This document shows positions 10,121 through 19,541 of a stretch of 64,000 nt of DNA, one piece after another. Numbering within the stretch: the first letter of the stretch is position 1; each line of letters starts with the position of its first letter. The notes under the pieces were generated by a model. That model ran no database searches, had not been told where the DNA came from, and saw nothing but the letters and a program-made list of their open reading frames with translations. This stretch comes from Waterburya sp. (GTDB taxonomy: Bacteria > Cyanobacteriota > Cyanobacteriia > Cyanobacteriales > Xenococcaceae), in NCBI GenBank assembly GCA_965217895.1, contig CBDCJV010000002.1, positions 5,142,100 through 5,206,099 of the forward strand. Reading direction: 5' to 3'. Position numbers and translations under genes: made by a program.

Positions 10121-10962
10121 GCAGCGGTAACGATGATACAAGAGAGTTTAGAGTCAATAACCTCAAAAAGACTCAGGAACAGAGGAAGCAAGAATCTCAG
10201 GATCGAGTTTATCAAGCTATTGAGCGATTGCAGAAACTCAATGCCAAGATCAACTTTCACACTATAGCTAGAGAAGCGCAGGTTAGTGTTAGTTATCTCT
10301 ATAAATATCCAGAGATAAAGCAACATATAGGAGTGCTAAGAAGCAAACAAAACTCTTTACCTGTTTCTCCTGTAGCCAAACCTAATTCTACGTCTCATGG
10401 CAAAGTAGTCACCCGTCTTCAAGAGAGAATCAAAAAGCTGGAAGCGGAGAATAAAGAACTCAAACGTAAGTGTGAAGCTTTAGCTGGTCAAGTTTATCGA
10501 GTTCATTATTTGGAATCTCAGGTAGAAAGATTACAGAAACAAAATGAAGACTTGAAAAGTAAATTGGGCGAACAAGAAATTGCCAGAAAAGTTACACCTA
10601 TTGACAAAAAGAGAAAGACCAAATCTGCTGCTTTCAAGGATGTCCAATCGGAATTAGATGAGCTGGGAATTACTCTGAATCCAACTCTCACTAAAACTAT
10701 TAAGGTAGCCAGCGAAGAAACTGTATTAGCTGCAATTGAAGCACTCAAAGAGCAATCTTTCAAACAAGATATTCCTAACCCTGGCGGTTGGCTGAACAAG
10801 GCAATCAAAGAAGGTTGGATAAAAGCAGAACCCACCTCTAGTAAGCCATCAGTTTCCCCACAACCAAAAATCGTTACTGCTACAGATAAAGCAAATAAGA
10901 AATTAATTTCTCCTAACAAGCTCAAGCAATTAAGCAATTTATTCAACAATCAAGATGACTGA
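10117..10962 (+). CDS. TnpC/DUF6262-like coiled-coil DNA-binding protein with extra C-terminal domain
   Basis: AIERLQKLNAKINFHTIAREAQVSVSYLYKYPEIK plus a long coiled coil; C-terminal NPGGWLNKAIKEGW; ATGA overlap. Confidence 0.75.
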   Translation: MSSGNDDTREFRVNNLKKTQEQRKQESQDRVYQAIERLQKLNAKINFHTIAREAQVSVSYLYKYPEIKQHIGVLRSKQNSLPVSPVAKPNSTSHGKVVTRLQERIKKLEAENKELKRKCEALAGQVYRVHYLESQVERLQKQNEDLKSKLGEQEIARKVTPIDKKRKTKSAAFKDVQSELDELGITLNPTLTKTIKVASEETVLAAIEALKEQSFKQDIPNPGGWLNKAIKEGWIKAEPTSSKPSVSPQPKIVTATDKANKKLISPNKLKQLSNLFNNQDD

Positions 10963-12274
10963 TAACAAATTCCCCCCCACTAACATAGAAGCTGAAGAAG
11001 CCATATTAGGAAGCATTTTATTTGACCCTGGTGCTATTAGTATTGCTGCTTCTATCCTCCCTGTTGAGGCATTTTATGTTGCTGCCCATCGTCATATTTA
11101 CAAAGCAGCATTAGAGTTACATAATAAAGACAAGTTGACAGACTTTATGGGCATTTCTACTTGGTTAAAAGACCATAAATCATTAACTAAAGCAGGAGGT
11201 ACAGCCAAGTTATCTCAACTGCTTAATCGTACTGTCTCAGCAACTAATATTGACCGCTACATTAATCTGGCTTTAGAAAAGTATCAGCGTCGTCAACTCA
11301 TAGCAACAGCTAATGAAATTGAGGCTTTGGGATATGATAATGCTACCGAACTAGAAACAGTTTTCAATACCTCAGAAGAGAAAATATTTAACCTTACTAC
11401 CAACAAGCAAGACAAATTCAAACCTATACCGATTGACGATTGTCTGGCATCAGTATTCAACAAAATAGAACAAGGTTCATCTCCTGCCTATTCTACTGGA
11501 TTAGATGATTTAGATGCTCTGATTGGGGGATTAATTAAACAAGATTTGATTGTAATTGCTGCTAGAGCTTCTATGGGCAAAACTTGGTTGGCTTGCCATC
11601 TGGCTAATCACATTGCCAGCGAGCAACAAAAGCCTGTAGTCTTCTTCTCGGCTGAGATGTCGAGCGAACAGCTAACTAAAAGATTCCTCTCAATGCACTC
11701 TGGTATTGATTCTCATAGGCTAATACACAATGAAATTTACGAGGATGAATATGATGTTTTAGTTAATGGTTTGACTCAATTGGCTGAATTACCTATCATC
11801 ATCGACGATACTCCTGCTACTCAGCTAACACCTTCTAAAGTTCGTTCTGTCCTGCGCAGAATCGTTTCTGAGAAAGGCGAACTAGGCTTAGTAGTCTTAG
11901 ATTATATTCAGAAGCTTGGCGACAGAGCAGCAGGGAATAGAGCGCAGACAGTAGGTAAGTTTTCAGGGGCATTTAAAGACATTGCTAAAGAGTTTGACGT
12001 TCCTTTTGTGGCATTGGCTCAAATCAATCGAGGTGTTGAATCTCAGGCAAATAAACGCCCTTTAATGTCTGATATAAAAGACAGTGGTGATATCGAGCAG
12101 GACATGGATTTGGGTTTGATGCTGTATCGGGACGATTACTACAACGATGATACTGACAACTTAAGCATAATGGAGATAATTGTAGGAAAGAATCGTAACG
12201 GTGGAACAGGGACTTGTAAAATTTTGTTTGAGCTAGATACAGGGATTTTCAAAAGTTTAAACAGTGTAAAATAA
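10955..12274 (+). CDS. dnaB: Replicative DNA helicase DnaB (element-borne copy)
   Basis: PPTNIEAEEAILGSIL; Walker A AARASMGKT; SAEMS; VVLDYIQ; AQINRGVE..KRPLMSDIKDSGDIEQD; KNRNG. Confidence 0.93.
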   Translation: MTDNKFPPTNIEAEEAILGSILFDPGAISIAASILPVEAFYVAAHRHIYKAALELHNKDKLTDFMGISTWLKDHKSLTKAGGTAKLSQLLNRTVSATNIDRYINLALEKYQRRQLIATANEIEALGYDNATELETVFNTSEEKIFNLTTNKQDKFKPIPIDDCLASVFNKIEQGSSPAYSTGLDDLDALIGGLIKQDLIVIAARASMGKTWLACHLANHIASEQQKPVVFFSAEMSSEQLTKRFLSMHSGIDSHRLIHNEIYEDEYDVLVNGLTQLAELPIIIDDTPATQLTPSKVRSVLRRIVSEKGELGLVVLDYIQKLGDRAAGNRAQTVGKFSGAFKDIAKEFDVPFVALAQINRGVESQANKRPLMSDIKDSGDIEQDMDLGLMLYRDDYYNDDTDNLSIMEIIVGKNRNGGTGTCKILFELDTGIFKSLNSVK

Positions 12275-12398
12275 TCGCAAGTAATTCAATATATTTTAAT
12301 ATATATTAAACAGTACAAATGTATACTAGACTAGGCTTCCTAGTTTGCAACTCTGAAGTGAGCATTGAATTTACAATTATTTTTTATAAGAATTTTAA

Positions 12399-14444
12399 AT
12401 GATAACCACAGATATATTTAACACAGATGTTGTAAACAAAGTTAGAAAGATAAAGCTCCCTATTTCCAAAGTTATGCTTCCATTATTTGAAGCAGTAGTA
12501 AATTCAATTCAATCTATTGAAGAAGTTAAAAAAGAAAGCATCAAAGATGGTGTTATTCAAGTTATTATCAACAGACCTTTTGAGGAGATAAGACTTCTTG
12601 ACGGTGGAGATACCTCTCCAGTAGAAGGATTTACTGTTATAGACAATGGAATAGGGTTTAATACGCAAAATTATAAATCTTTTCTAACTGCGGATAGCTC
12701 ACACAAACTTGTCAAAGGATCTAAAGGTGTAGGTAGATTCTTATGGCTAAAAGCATTTACAAATGTAGAAGTAGAAAGCTATTACCAAGAATTAGGAAAA
12801 TACTATCATCGTAAATTTAATTTTACAAGTGCAGAAAAACCAATATCTTTTCATGAAAATAAAGTTATTGATTCTACAGATATTAAAAATAAGACTACTA
12901 TTAAGCTGAAAGGTCTACAAGGTCACTATAAAATAAAATGTCCTCAAGATATAGAAAAAATAGGACTTAAAATCTTTGAGCATTGTATTTCATATTTTTT
13001 ACTAGAAAATGTCCCTACTATAGAAGTTATTGACGGAGAAAAGAGTCTAGATATTAATAAATTCTTTGCTGAGGATATAAAAAAATATACTGAAACTAAA
13101 GACATTAACATTGGAAAATGTAATTTTAATATTAAAAGCCTTAGATTTTATAACAGCAGTACATCCGATCACAGACTATTTTTCTGTGGACATCAGAGAG
13201 TAGTTTTAGATGAAGATCTCAGTCAGTATATAGTTGACTTATCACCTACAAGAAAAATCAGAGATGAAAATGGAAAGTTGTTTAAGTATTTAGCTTTTGT
13301 TTCTGGAGAATATTTAGACAATAATGTTAACTCTGAAAGAACTAGCTTTACTATCTCTGAAGATTATGATTTGTTGACTTCTAAAGAGTTTGGAGATGTA
13401 TCTTTTTATGATCTTAAAATGGCAGTAACAGAAGTTATTGACAATACATTGTCTCCATATCTCAAACAAATACAAGAAAACAAAATAGAAAGGTTTAAAC
13501 AGTATATTCGGAAAGATGCTCCCGAATATCGTCCTTTATTAAAATATGCTTCAAAAGAATTAGAGCATCTTTCTCCTAGTTTAAATGATACTCAGCTTGA
13601 GTTTCAGCTACATGGATTAATGTCCCAGTTTGAGATTTCATTAAAAGAGACTGGAAAACAAATATTAAGCGATCCAATTGATTGCTTTGAAAAATATCCT
13701 GAATATAGTCAGAAATATCACGAATTTTTAGAGCAGTACACAGATTTTGGTCAGGCAAAATTAGCAAAATACGTAGTTCACAGAAAAATAATTCTGGAAC
13801 TTTTCAAGAAAAATCTTAGAAAAGATGATGACGGCAGATTTAAGCTTGAAAAGGATATTCACGAAATAATTTTTCCTTTGAGACGAACATCTGATGAGAT
13901 CAATTTTGATGAGCAAAACCTTTGGATTATTGATGAAAGGCTAACATATCATAGATATTTATCTTCAGATCAGGCATTAGATAGTCTAGAAGATCTAAGT
14001 GTAAATAGTACTAGACGACCAGACCTACTTGTATTCAATAATCCTATAGCTTTGGTGGAAGGAGAACAACAGCCTTACTCTTCCGTAGTTATAGTTGAAT
14101 TTAAACGTCCTATGAGAGATGGTTATTCTGAAAAAGAAAATCCAGTAACTCAAGTTTACGATTATGTAAGAAAAATCCAGTCTGGCAATTATGAAGACGA
14201 GAACGGTAGGCTAATAAGCCTAGCAAATAGCACTCCCTTTTATGTATACATAATTTGTGATTTAACATCGAAAATAAAAGAATTTGCTGAAAATGCCACT
14301 TTTTTCCCGACACCAGATTTAGGGGGATATTTTGGATACAATACAAGACTTAATACTTACGTCGAGATTATTTCTTTCACAAAATTAATCAATGATGCAG
14401 AAAAAAGAAATAGTGTATTGTTTAAGAAACTTCATATAAATTAA
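12399..14444 (+). CDS. GHKL (HSP90/MutL-like) ATPase fused to a C-terminal PD-(D/E)xK-type nuclease; candidate defence protein
   Basis: LFEAVVNSIQS, IDNGIGF, GSKGVGRF (Bergerat fold); RPDLLVF..VIVEFKRP..TQVYDY. Confidence 0.75.
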   Translation: MITTDIFNTDVVNKVRKIKLPISKVMLPLFEAVVNSIQSIEEVKKESIKDGVIQVIINRPFEEIRLLDGGDTSPVEGFTVIDNGIGFNTQNYKSFLTADSSHKLVKGSKGVGRFLWLKAFTNVEVESYYQELGKYYHRKFNFTSAEKPISFHENKVIDSTDIKNKTTIKLKGLQGHYKIKCPQDIEKIGLKIFEHCISYFLLENVPTIEVIDGEKSLDINKFFAEDIKKYTETKDINIGKCNFNIKSLRFYNSSTSDHRLFFCGHQRVVLDEDLSQYIVDLSPTRKIRDENGKLFKYLAFVSGEYLDNNVNSERTSFTISEDYDLLTSKEFGDVSFYDLKMAVTEVIDNTLSPYLKQIQENKIERFKQYIRKDAPEYRPLLKYASKELEHLSPSLNDTQLEFQLHGLMSQFEISLKETGKQILSDPIDCFEKYPEYSQKYHEFLEQYTDFGQAKLAKYVVHRKIILELFKKNLRKDDDGRFKLEKDIHEIIFPLRRTSDEINFDEQNLWIIDERLTYHRYLSSDQALDSLEDLSVNSTRRPDLLVFNNPIALVEGEQQPYSSVVIVEFKRPMRDGYSEKENPVTQVYDYVRKIQSGNYEDENGRLISLANSTPFYVYIICDLTSKIKEFAENATFFPTPDLGGYFGYNTRLNTYVEIISFTKLINDAEKRNSVLFKKLHIN

Positions 14445-14524
14445 AAACTTATCGTATAAAGTATATACAACGATATAATCTATGTCACAAAATATGTGTG
14501 GAATTTTTAGGTCATATAATTTAA

Positions 14525-14667
14525 AAGAAGCAAGTGAAACTCGCTACTGGATATTACTTTTAATTGATAATAATATTGTCTCAGAAACAAAATTGGCAAT
14601 GATGCTAGATGAATTAAATCAAATAATAAAAATTCTGATTGTAACAACGAAAAAGCTGAAAGAGTAA
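14525..14667 (+). pseudogene. Four-helix-bundle protein, 3' part
   Basis: (K)EASETRYWILLL..ELNQIIKIL..KKLKE* continues KLTIAL; the join gives 120 aa. Confidence 0.9.
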
Positions 14668-14717
14668 TTGCTACTTGTTATCTGCTATCTGCTACTTTAA
14701 AGCATTGCTACTTTAAA
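14665..14717 (-). repeat. Heptamer/37-mer array inverted relative to 5171-5360
   Basis: TAATTGCTACTTGTTATCTGCTATCTGCTACTTTAAAGCATTGCTACTTTAAA. Confidence 0.9.
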
Positions 14718-14725
14718 CCCATTTA

Positions 14726-15478
14726 TTACTCGATAAAAACAAAGTAGCTTAGAGTACACACAGTAAAAATCAAAAATAGATTAACAATAAGCTGTACTTT
14801 AATAGCCAAACTAGTACTTTTTTCAAACTGATTCATTTGATGTCTCAAACGATCGAGCCTGAATTGCAGATTGGCATCTCGCTCTCTACGCAGAGACATT
14901 TCTTGTTTAACAATACTTTCTACGGTTTCGTTTAGGTTGTGGGGCGTTAACTGTTCAAATATACTAACTTTTTGTTCGATTTTAGCCAAAACCTTATCAA
15001 CGACGTTTAATTTATGGCTTAGGGCAGAATCTTGTGGCAAAGAGTTTTCTGTTGTAGACTTGCTAAAGTGTTTTTCTACCAATTTCAACGCTAATTGGAA
15101 ATAGCCTTTGTGAACGTGTCTAATTGCATCGGCTAATTCTTGGGCAGTGGTGTTTTTTAGCCAATAGCCTTTTGCCCCCAACTCCAAAGCATCAGCAATA
15201 TCCTGCTTTCGGTCATGGATACTAAGCATTAGAACTTTGGTATCGGCAAATTTTTGGGCAATGGCTTTGGTAGCAGCAAAACCATCCATCACTGGCATCT
15301 CAATATCCATTAAAACTATGTCTGGCTTGAGTTTTTCTACCTGAGCGATCGCAATTTCTCCGTTTTCAGCAAAACCAATTACATTTAGGTCTAACTCTGA
15401 TTCTAAATATGATGCTAAAGTTTTGCGGACAAAATTTTGATCATCGGCTATAAGGACATTAATCATCGCCATCTTCAT
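14726..15478 (-). CDS. Response regulator receiver protein with coiled coil and C-terminal TM helix
   Basis: VLIADDQ..PDIVLMDIEMPVMDG..GAKGYWLK; hydrophobic C-terminus; start uncertain. Confidence 0.85.
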   Translation of the reverse strand: MKMAMINVLIADDQNFVRKTLASYLESELDLNVIGFAENGEIAIAQVEKLKPDIVLMDIEMPVMDGFAATKAIAQKFADTKVLMLSIHDRKQDIADALELGAKGYWLKNTTAQELADAIRHVHKGYFQLALKLVEKHFSKSTTENSLPQDSALSHKLNVVDKVLAKIEQKVSIFEQLTPHNLNETVESIVKQEMSLRRERDANLQFRLDRLRHQMNQFEKSTSLAIKVQLIVNLFLIFTVCTLSYFVFIE

Positions 15479-15756
15479 CTCTATTCTTGGTAAATTAAAC
15501 AAGTTTTGAAAAACTATCGAAAAACTGACCAAATTATAATGTATAAATCTCTAGTTGAAGTATTAACAATTTATTAGCAAAGTACATCTCGAAAATAAGT
15601 TTGGTTTTAAGCTTTAAATCGTCAACGTAAGATCTTAAGTAATATAGGGTAATTGAATGTTAGCTTCATGACAATAGACTTAAAATAAAAACAAGCTTAA
15701 ATAGCCTTTTATCGGCGGTAATCTCCATATACCATATACTAGAATCAATAATCATT

Positions 15757-18700
15757 GTGACTTCACTATCCTTGTTATCTAATGTTGAACAATTTTTAGA
15801 ATATTGCAGTCATTCTAGTGCCGATGCTTTTGCTGCCTTTAGCGAACTTTTAAATAGCTTGAAATCTCCTGAGACGCAGGCTCAAAATAGGCGGTTTTTT
15901 GGCTTAATTTATCAGACTTGGCAGTCGAAAAATCAGCAAGATTATTACTTTTCTTTTGTTACTCAAACGGTTAAAACCTATAGTGGCGATCGCCGTGAGC
16001 TTTTACTTTTATTATTTCCCAGTATTTTTGCCCCTGAAGAATGGTCGTTTACCTTTTATGAAGGCATATTACGCTATCCTGCCGAGGAATTTTATACCCG
16101 TCGGGTGGTAGAGTTAGGCTGTGGCAGTGGCTGGATTACTCTGGCGATCGCCTTAAATTCTTTGCCTGAAGTTATCTATGGAGTTGATATCAATCCACGG
16201 GCGATCGTCTGTTCGCAATTAAATCTATATTTGAACGCTTTAGACGAACAGGGAAATCCCATTTTAGATAGGGAACAAAAGACTTTAATTGACCGCGTTA
16301 AATTTGCTCAATCAGATTTACTAGAATTTTTTGACGATTATCCTCATCCCCTCGATCGCATTGTGGGCTGTATTCCTCAAGTACTCAATCCAGAATTGGA
16401 AGTAATGCGAGATTTGGTTAATCAAGGTGCTAATGACGAATTTCTCCATTCTTTGAGCAATTATTGCGAAAAACAGGGCTATGTAGAAGATCAATTTGGC
16501 TTAGGCTTGTTAGCTAAGGCGATCGAGCAGTCAATTCAATTACTCAGACCTACGGGTAAAGTTCTCTTTAACTTTGGGGGCAGACCAGGTGCATCAGTAC
16601 TAGAGCGATTGATGACTAGAAGAGGGTTAGAAATTCGCCATATCTGGCAAACCAGAGTCGAACAAGATCCTGATACGGATATTTCTAGCTTAGTAAAGAT
16701 CGAACAGGCTACAGGTCATCGGTTTGAGTTTTTTATGACCTCCCGTAGTAATGTGCCAATTAGTGCTGCTACCGCCCAAGTTTACAGCCAGCATGGAGGC
16801 AGAATATATCACTCTGTCTCCGTATACGAAGGGGTTTTGGCTTATCCTAACTGGCTCAAGCAAATTTTCGCCGTACTACAGCATCCTAGTTTGCAGGGGG
16901 TAAAAAGCGCACTAGATTTGACGGAAAATGATGCAGATGTGGCAGAAGAAAGATTTTACTGGCTAGCATCCTTATTTAGTTATCTTAATAACCAGAGCCA
17001 TTTTCCCTATGGACTGACAGCAGGAGAACCAGGATTACGCGATCGCATTACGGCTTATTTTCGCAACTATCATTCAATTCTTTGGCAGCCTGATGATTTA
17101 ATTATTACCCCATCTAGAAAAGAACTAATTGCTAATCTGTTAACAATTTATGAGCCATCGTTAATTGTTATCGATGAGGGATTACAGCAGCTACTACCCG
17201 TAAGTTGGCATGGCAGTCAGCAGGTTATTGAAGCACCGCGACGCATCCCCTTAGTTGGCAAATTAATGGTCAAGCTACGTCCGCAGCTTGTAATTACAGG
17301 ACTCAAAGCTTTTGAAATGACTGCACAAGAGCCTTTTGAATCTTTAGTCAATACAGCCAAAGAAATTGGCGCACTATTGATAGTGGATATTTCTGATAAT
17401 TTAAATCTTTCTAGCAACCCCGTTGATAATGGTTTGTTTGAATATCTAGCAGATCGCGGCTTGCCCGATCATGTAATTTTAGTTGCAGACTCGATCAAAA
17501 ATAGACTTTATCCAAGCTTATCTTTATGTATCTGCATAACTAACTCAGAGCCAATTCAACAAGACTTAATTAGAGCAGCAGAGTTGAGCTACAGTCGCGT
17601 TTGCCTGATTACCCAATATTTCTATCAGCAGCTTTTAGAACAGTTATTACACTTCCAGACTACCAGAGTGCAGCCAGCTAATAGGGAGCTTGATAAGTCT
17701 CAAAGCTTTTTTACCTTAGATCGTTCAGCCAATGCCACAAGAGCCTTTGCTCATCCTGCAATTAAAGAAAGTGAATTACCTTTTAAACCATCAACTATTC
17801 GCCTAGACTATGGTGAAAACTGTTTGCCATCTCCTAAAGCACTCAATAAAGCGATCGCCGAAGCCTTTGCCAGACAGGAGATCACCTCAGAAGAATGTGA
17901 AGTATACAAACCCCTATCTGCTATCTGTTCGCAAAAATACGGAATTAAATACGGCGATCGCGATAATTTTATTTATGGTTCAGGAGTAGCATCATTATTT
18001 AGTGCGGTGGTGCAGCAATGCCGTCAAGAACAAGGAGCTTTTATCTTTCCCCAAGGTGCTTACGGTTATTTCCGAGCAACCCTAGATTTCTATGGAGTTG
18101 GAGTACAAACGGTATTGGGAAACCCAGCCCAAGGTTTTAAAATCGATTTATCTAACCTAGAACAGATTCTCAAAACCACTGCTAATCCTTGGCTTTATCT
18201 TAATGCACCCATTTCTAATCCCACAGGAGCGTTATATTCTGCTCCAGAATTACAGTCAATTATTCAATTAGCTTGGCGGTATCAAGCAAAAGTTGTCTTA
18301 GACACGATTTTTTCTGGTCTAGAATTTGACCAGTCCCAACCCAAAACTGATTTATCATGGCTGCAAGATCGCCGTCACAGCAACTCTAGTAACTTAATCT
18401 TACTAGGTGGCATTTCCAAGGAATTTTCCGCAGCAGGGATACGTTTTGGCTATTTATATTCTCCCAGTGCCACTATAGTTAGACAAATAGCAGAATTTAT
18501 TCCTGGTCAGCTTCCCCAGACTACTATGTATGCTATGCGTCGATTTTTTGAGGGGGTGGTCAAAGACGATGCTGAACTTATTCAACATAGAGAAGCTCAG
18601 AGTCAACTTCTACAGCAAAGAGCCAAACAGCTAACAGCAGTATTGCAGCAATCTGGTTGGACAGCCATTGACCCACGAGGCGGATTGTTTTTAGTAGCAA

Positions 18701-18945
18701 AACCAAGTTTCCTCTTAGGCAAAACAGTATCTTACAAACAAGATAATGTTAGATATGAGACAGTCATTGATGGAGATTCTATTACTACCGTTTTATTTTC
18801 AAGTGTTGGACTAACGATCAATGGTGCTACCTGGACTGGGTTGCCAAACTATTGCCGTTTTGTCTTATCAGTTTCCGAATCTGAGTTTCAGGAGGCTTTG
18901 CAGCGAATTAAAGAGTTTTACAGTTCATTTGAGGTTGAACTATAG
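15757..18945 (+). CDS. Methionine S-methyltransferase, plant-type two-domain (SAM methyltransferase + PLP aminotransferase-like)
   Basis: PSIFAPEEWSFTFYEG, ELGCGSGWI, YGVDINPRA, RIVGCIPQVLNP, SLSNYC..QGYVEDQFGLGL, FNFGGRPG; C-terminal ISNPTGALYS, LDTIFSGL, GGISKEFSAAGIRFG. Confidence 0.88.
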   Translation: MTSLSLLSNVEQFLEYCSHSSADAFAAFSELLNSLKSPETQAQNRRFFGLIYQTWQSKNQQDYYFSFVTQTVKTYSGDRRELLLLLFPSIFAPEEWSFTFYEGILRYPAEEFYTRRVVELGCGSGWITLAIALNSLPEVIYGVDINPRAIVCSQLNLYLNALDEQGNPILDREQKTLIDRVKFAQSDLLEFFDDYPHPLDRIVGCIPQVLNPELEVMRDLVNQGANDEFLHSLSNYCEKQGYVEDQFGLGLLAKAIEQSIQLLRPTGKVLFNFGGRPGASVLERLMTRRGLEIRHIWQTRVEQDPDTDISSLVKIEQATGHRFEFFMTSRSNVPISAATAQVYSQHGGRIYHSVSVYEGVLAYPNWLKQIFAVLQHPSLQGVKSALDLTENDADVAEERFYWLASLFSYLNNQSHFPYGLTAGEPGLRDRITAYFRNYHSILWQPDDLIITPSRKELIANLLTIYEPSLIVIDEGLQQLLPVSWHGSQQVIEAPRRIPLVGKLMVKLRPQLVITGLKAFEMTAQEPFESLVNTAKEIGALLIVDISDNLNLSSNPVDNGLFEYLADRGLPDHVILVADSIKNRLYPSLSLCICITNSEPIQQDLIRAAELSYSRVCLITQYFYQQLLEQLLHFQTTRVQPANRELDKSQSFFTLDRSANATRAFAHPAIKESELPFKPSTIRLDYGENCLPSPKALNKAIAEAFARQEITSEECEVYKPLSAICSQKYGIKYGDRDNFIYGSGVASLFSAVVQQCRQEQGAFIFPQGAYGYFRATLDFYGVGVQTVLGNPAQGFKIDLSNLEQILKTTANPWLYLNAPISNPTGALYSAPELQSIIQLAWRYQAKVVLDTIFSGLEFDQSQPKTDLSWLQDRRHSNSSNLILLGGISKEFSAAGIRFGYLYSPSATIVRQIAEFIPGQLPQTTMYAMRRFFEGVVKDDAELIQHREAQSQLLQQRAKQLTAVLQQSGWTAIDPRGGLFLVAKPSFLLGKTVSYKQDNVRYETVIDGDSITTVLFSSVGLTINGATWTGLPNYCRFVLSVSESEFQEALQRIKEFYSSFEVEL

Positions 18946-18987
18946 ATTATCTTCTTTGAATTTGCGATCGCTCTTTTTGTCCCGTTT

Positions 18988-19541
18988 TTGGTTAAGGTGT
19001 CAGGAACAAATCTCCTGATAACTTGGCAAATGGTAATTTCAGCACTACTTATATTTGCTGTCCCCGTATTAGTTTATCGGCTAGTAAAGCAAGATTATCG
19101 ATTATGCCTTGGTGCGATCGCCTTATTTTCTATCTTGGCGTTTATTATCTATAGTGGCTATCTCATTGGCGCAAATGAGCTAGCCTTCGGTGGGACTCGT
19201 CCCCTAGCTGAATTCATTCAGAGTGAAGGGTTAGCAGATCGACCTATTTTAGTTTACGACAGGCTTCTGCCGTCCCTTGCTTTTAACCTCGACCGCAATA
19301 TTATTACCTTAACAACGGCGAAGTAGAGCGTGAAACTCAGTTTGAGATCGACGATAAGTGGAAACAATATTGGCTCGATATCCGTGAACCAGTTTCAGTA
19401 GAACAGCTAAGAAGTCTTGTCCAGTCTCCTTCTGTTCTAGTAACAAAAAAGCTGCCCGATGAGTGGAGTTGGATCGCCCAAAACTATAGCCAGTCTCAAT
19501 CCTTGGCTAAATGGGTCATTTACTATCAACCCAAAATTTAG
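18988..19541 (+). pseudogene. C-terminal remnant of a membrane protein (ArnT-like glycosyltransferase?), frameshift near 19310
   Basis: TM segment, ILVYDRLLPSLAFNLDRNIITL; continues in another frame as EVERETQFE..WVIYYQPKI*. Confidence 0.45.

Larger units (their letters stand above)
5647..14525 (+). mobile_element. Triple tyrosine-recombinase integrative element (Tn554/RIT-like) with DnaB and ATPase-nuclease cargo
   Basis: TTAAA direct repeat at 5647-5651 and 14521-14525; inverted ends TTAAATTATAT(A/G)ACC; splits the four-helix-bundle gene; no HIP1 sites seen inside by eye. Confidence 0.9.

Noticed and set aside
10955..12274. Intein in DnaB
   Set aside because: Length (439 aa) and contiguous helicase motifs leave no room for one.
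5431..14667. Diversity-generating retroelement suggested by the Avd-like gene
   Set aside because: No reverse transcriptase and no TR/VR pair seen in the window.
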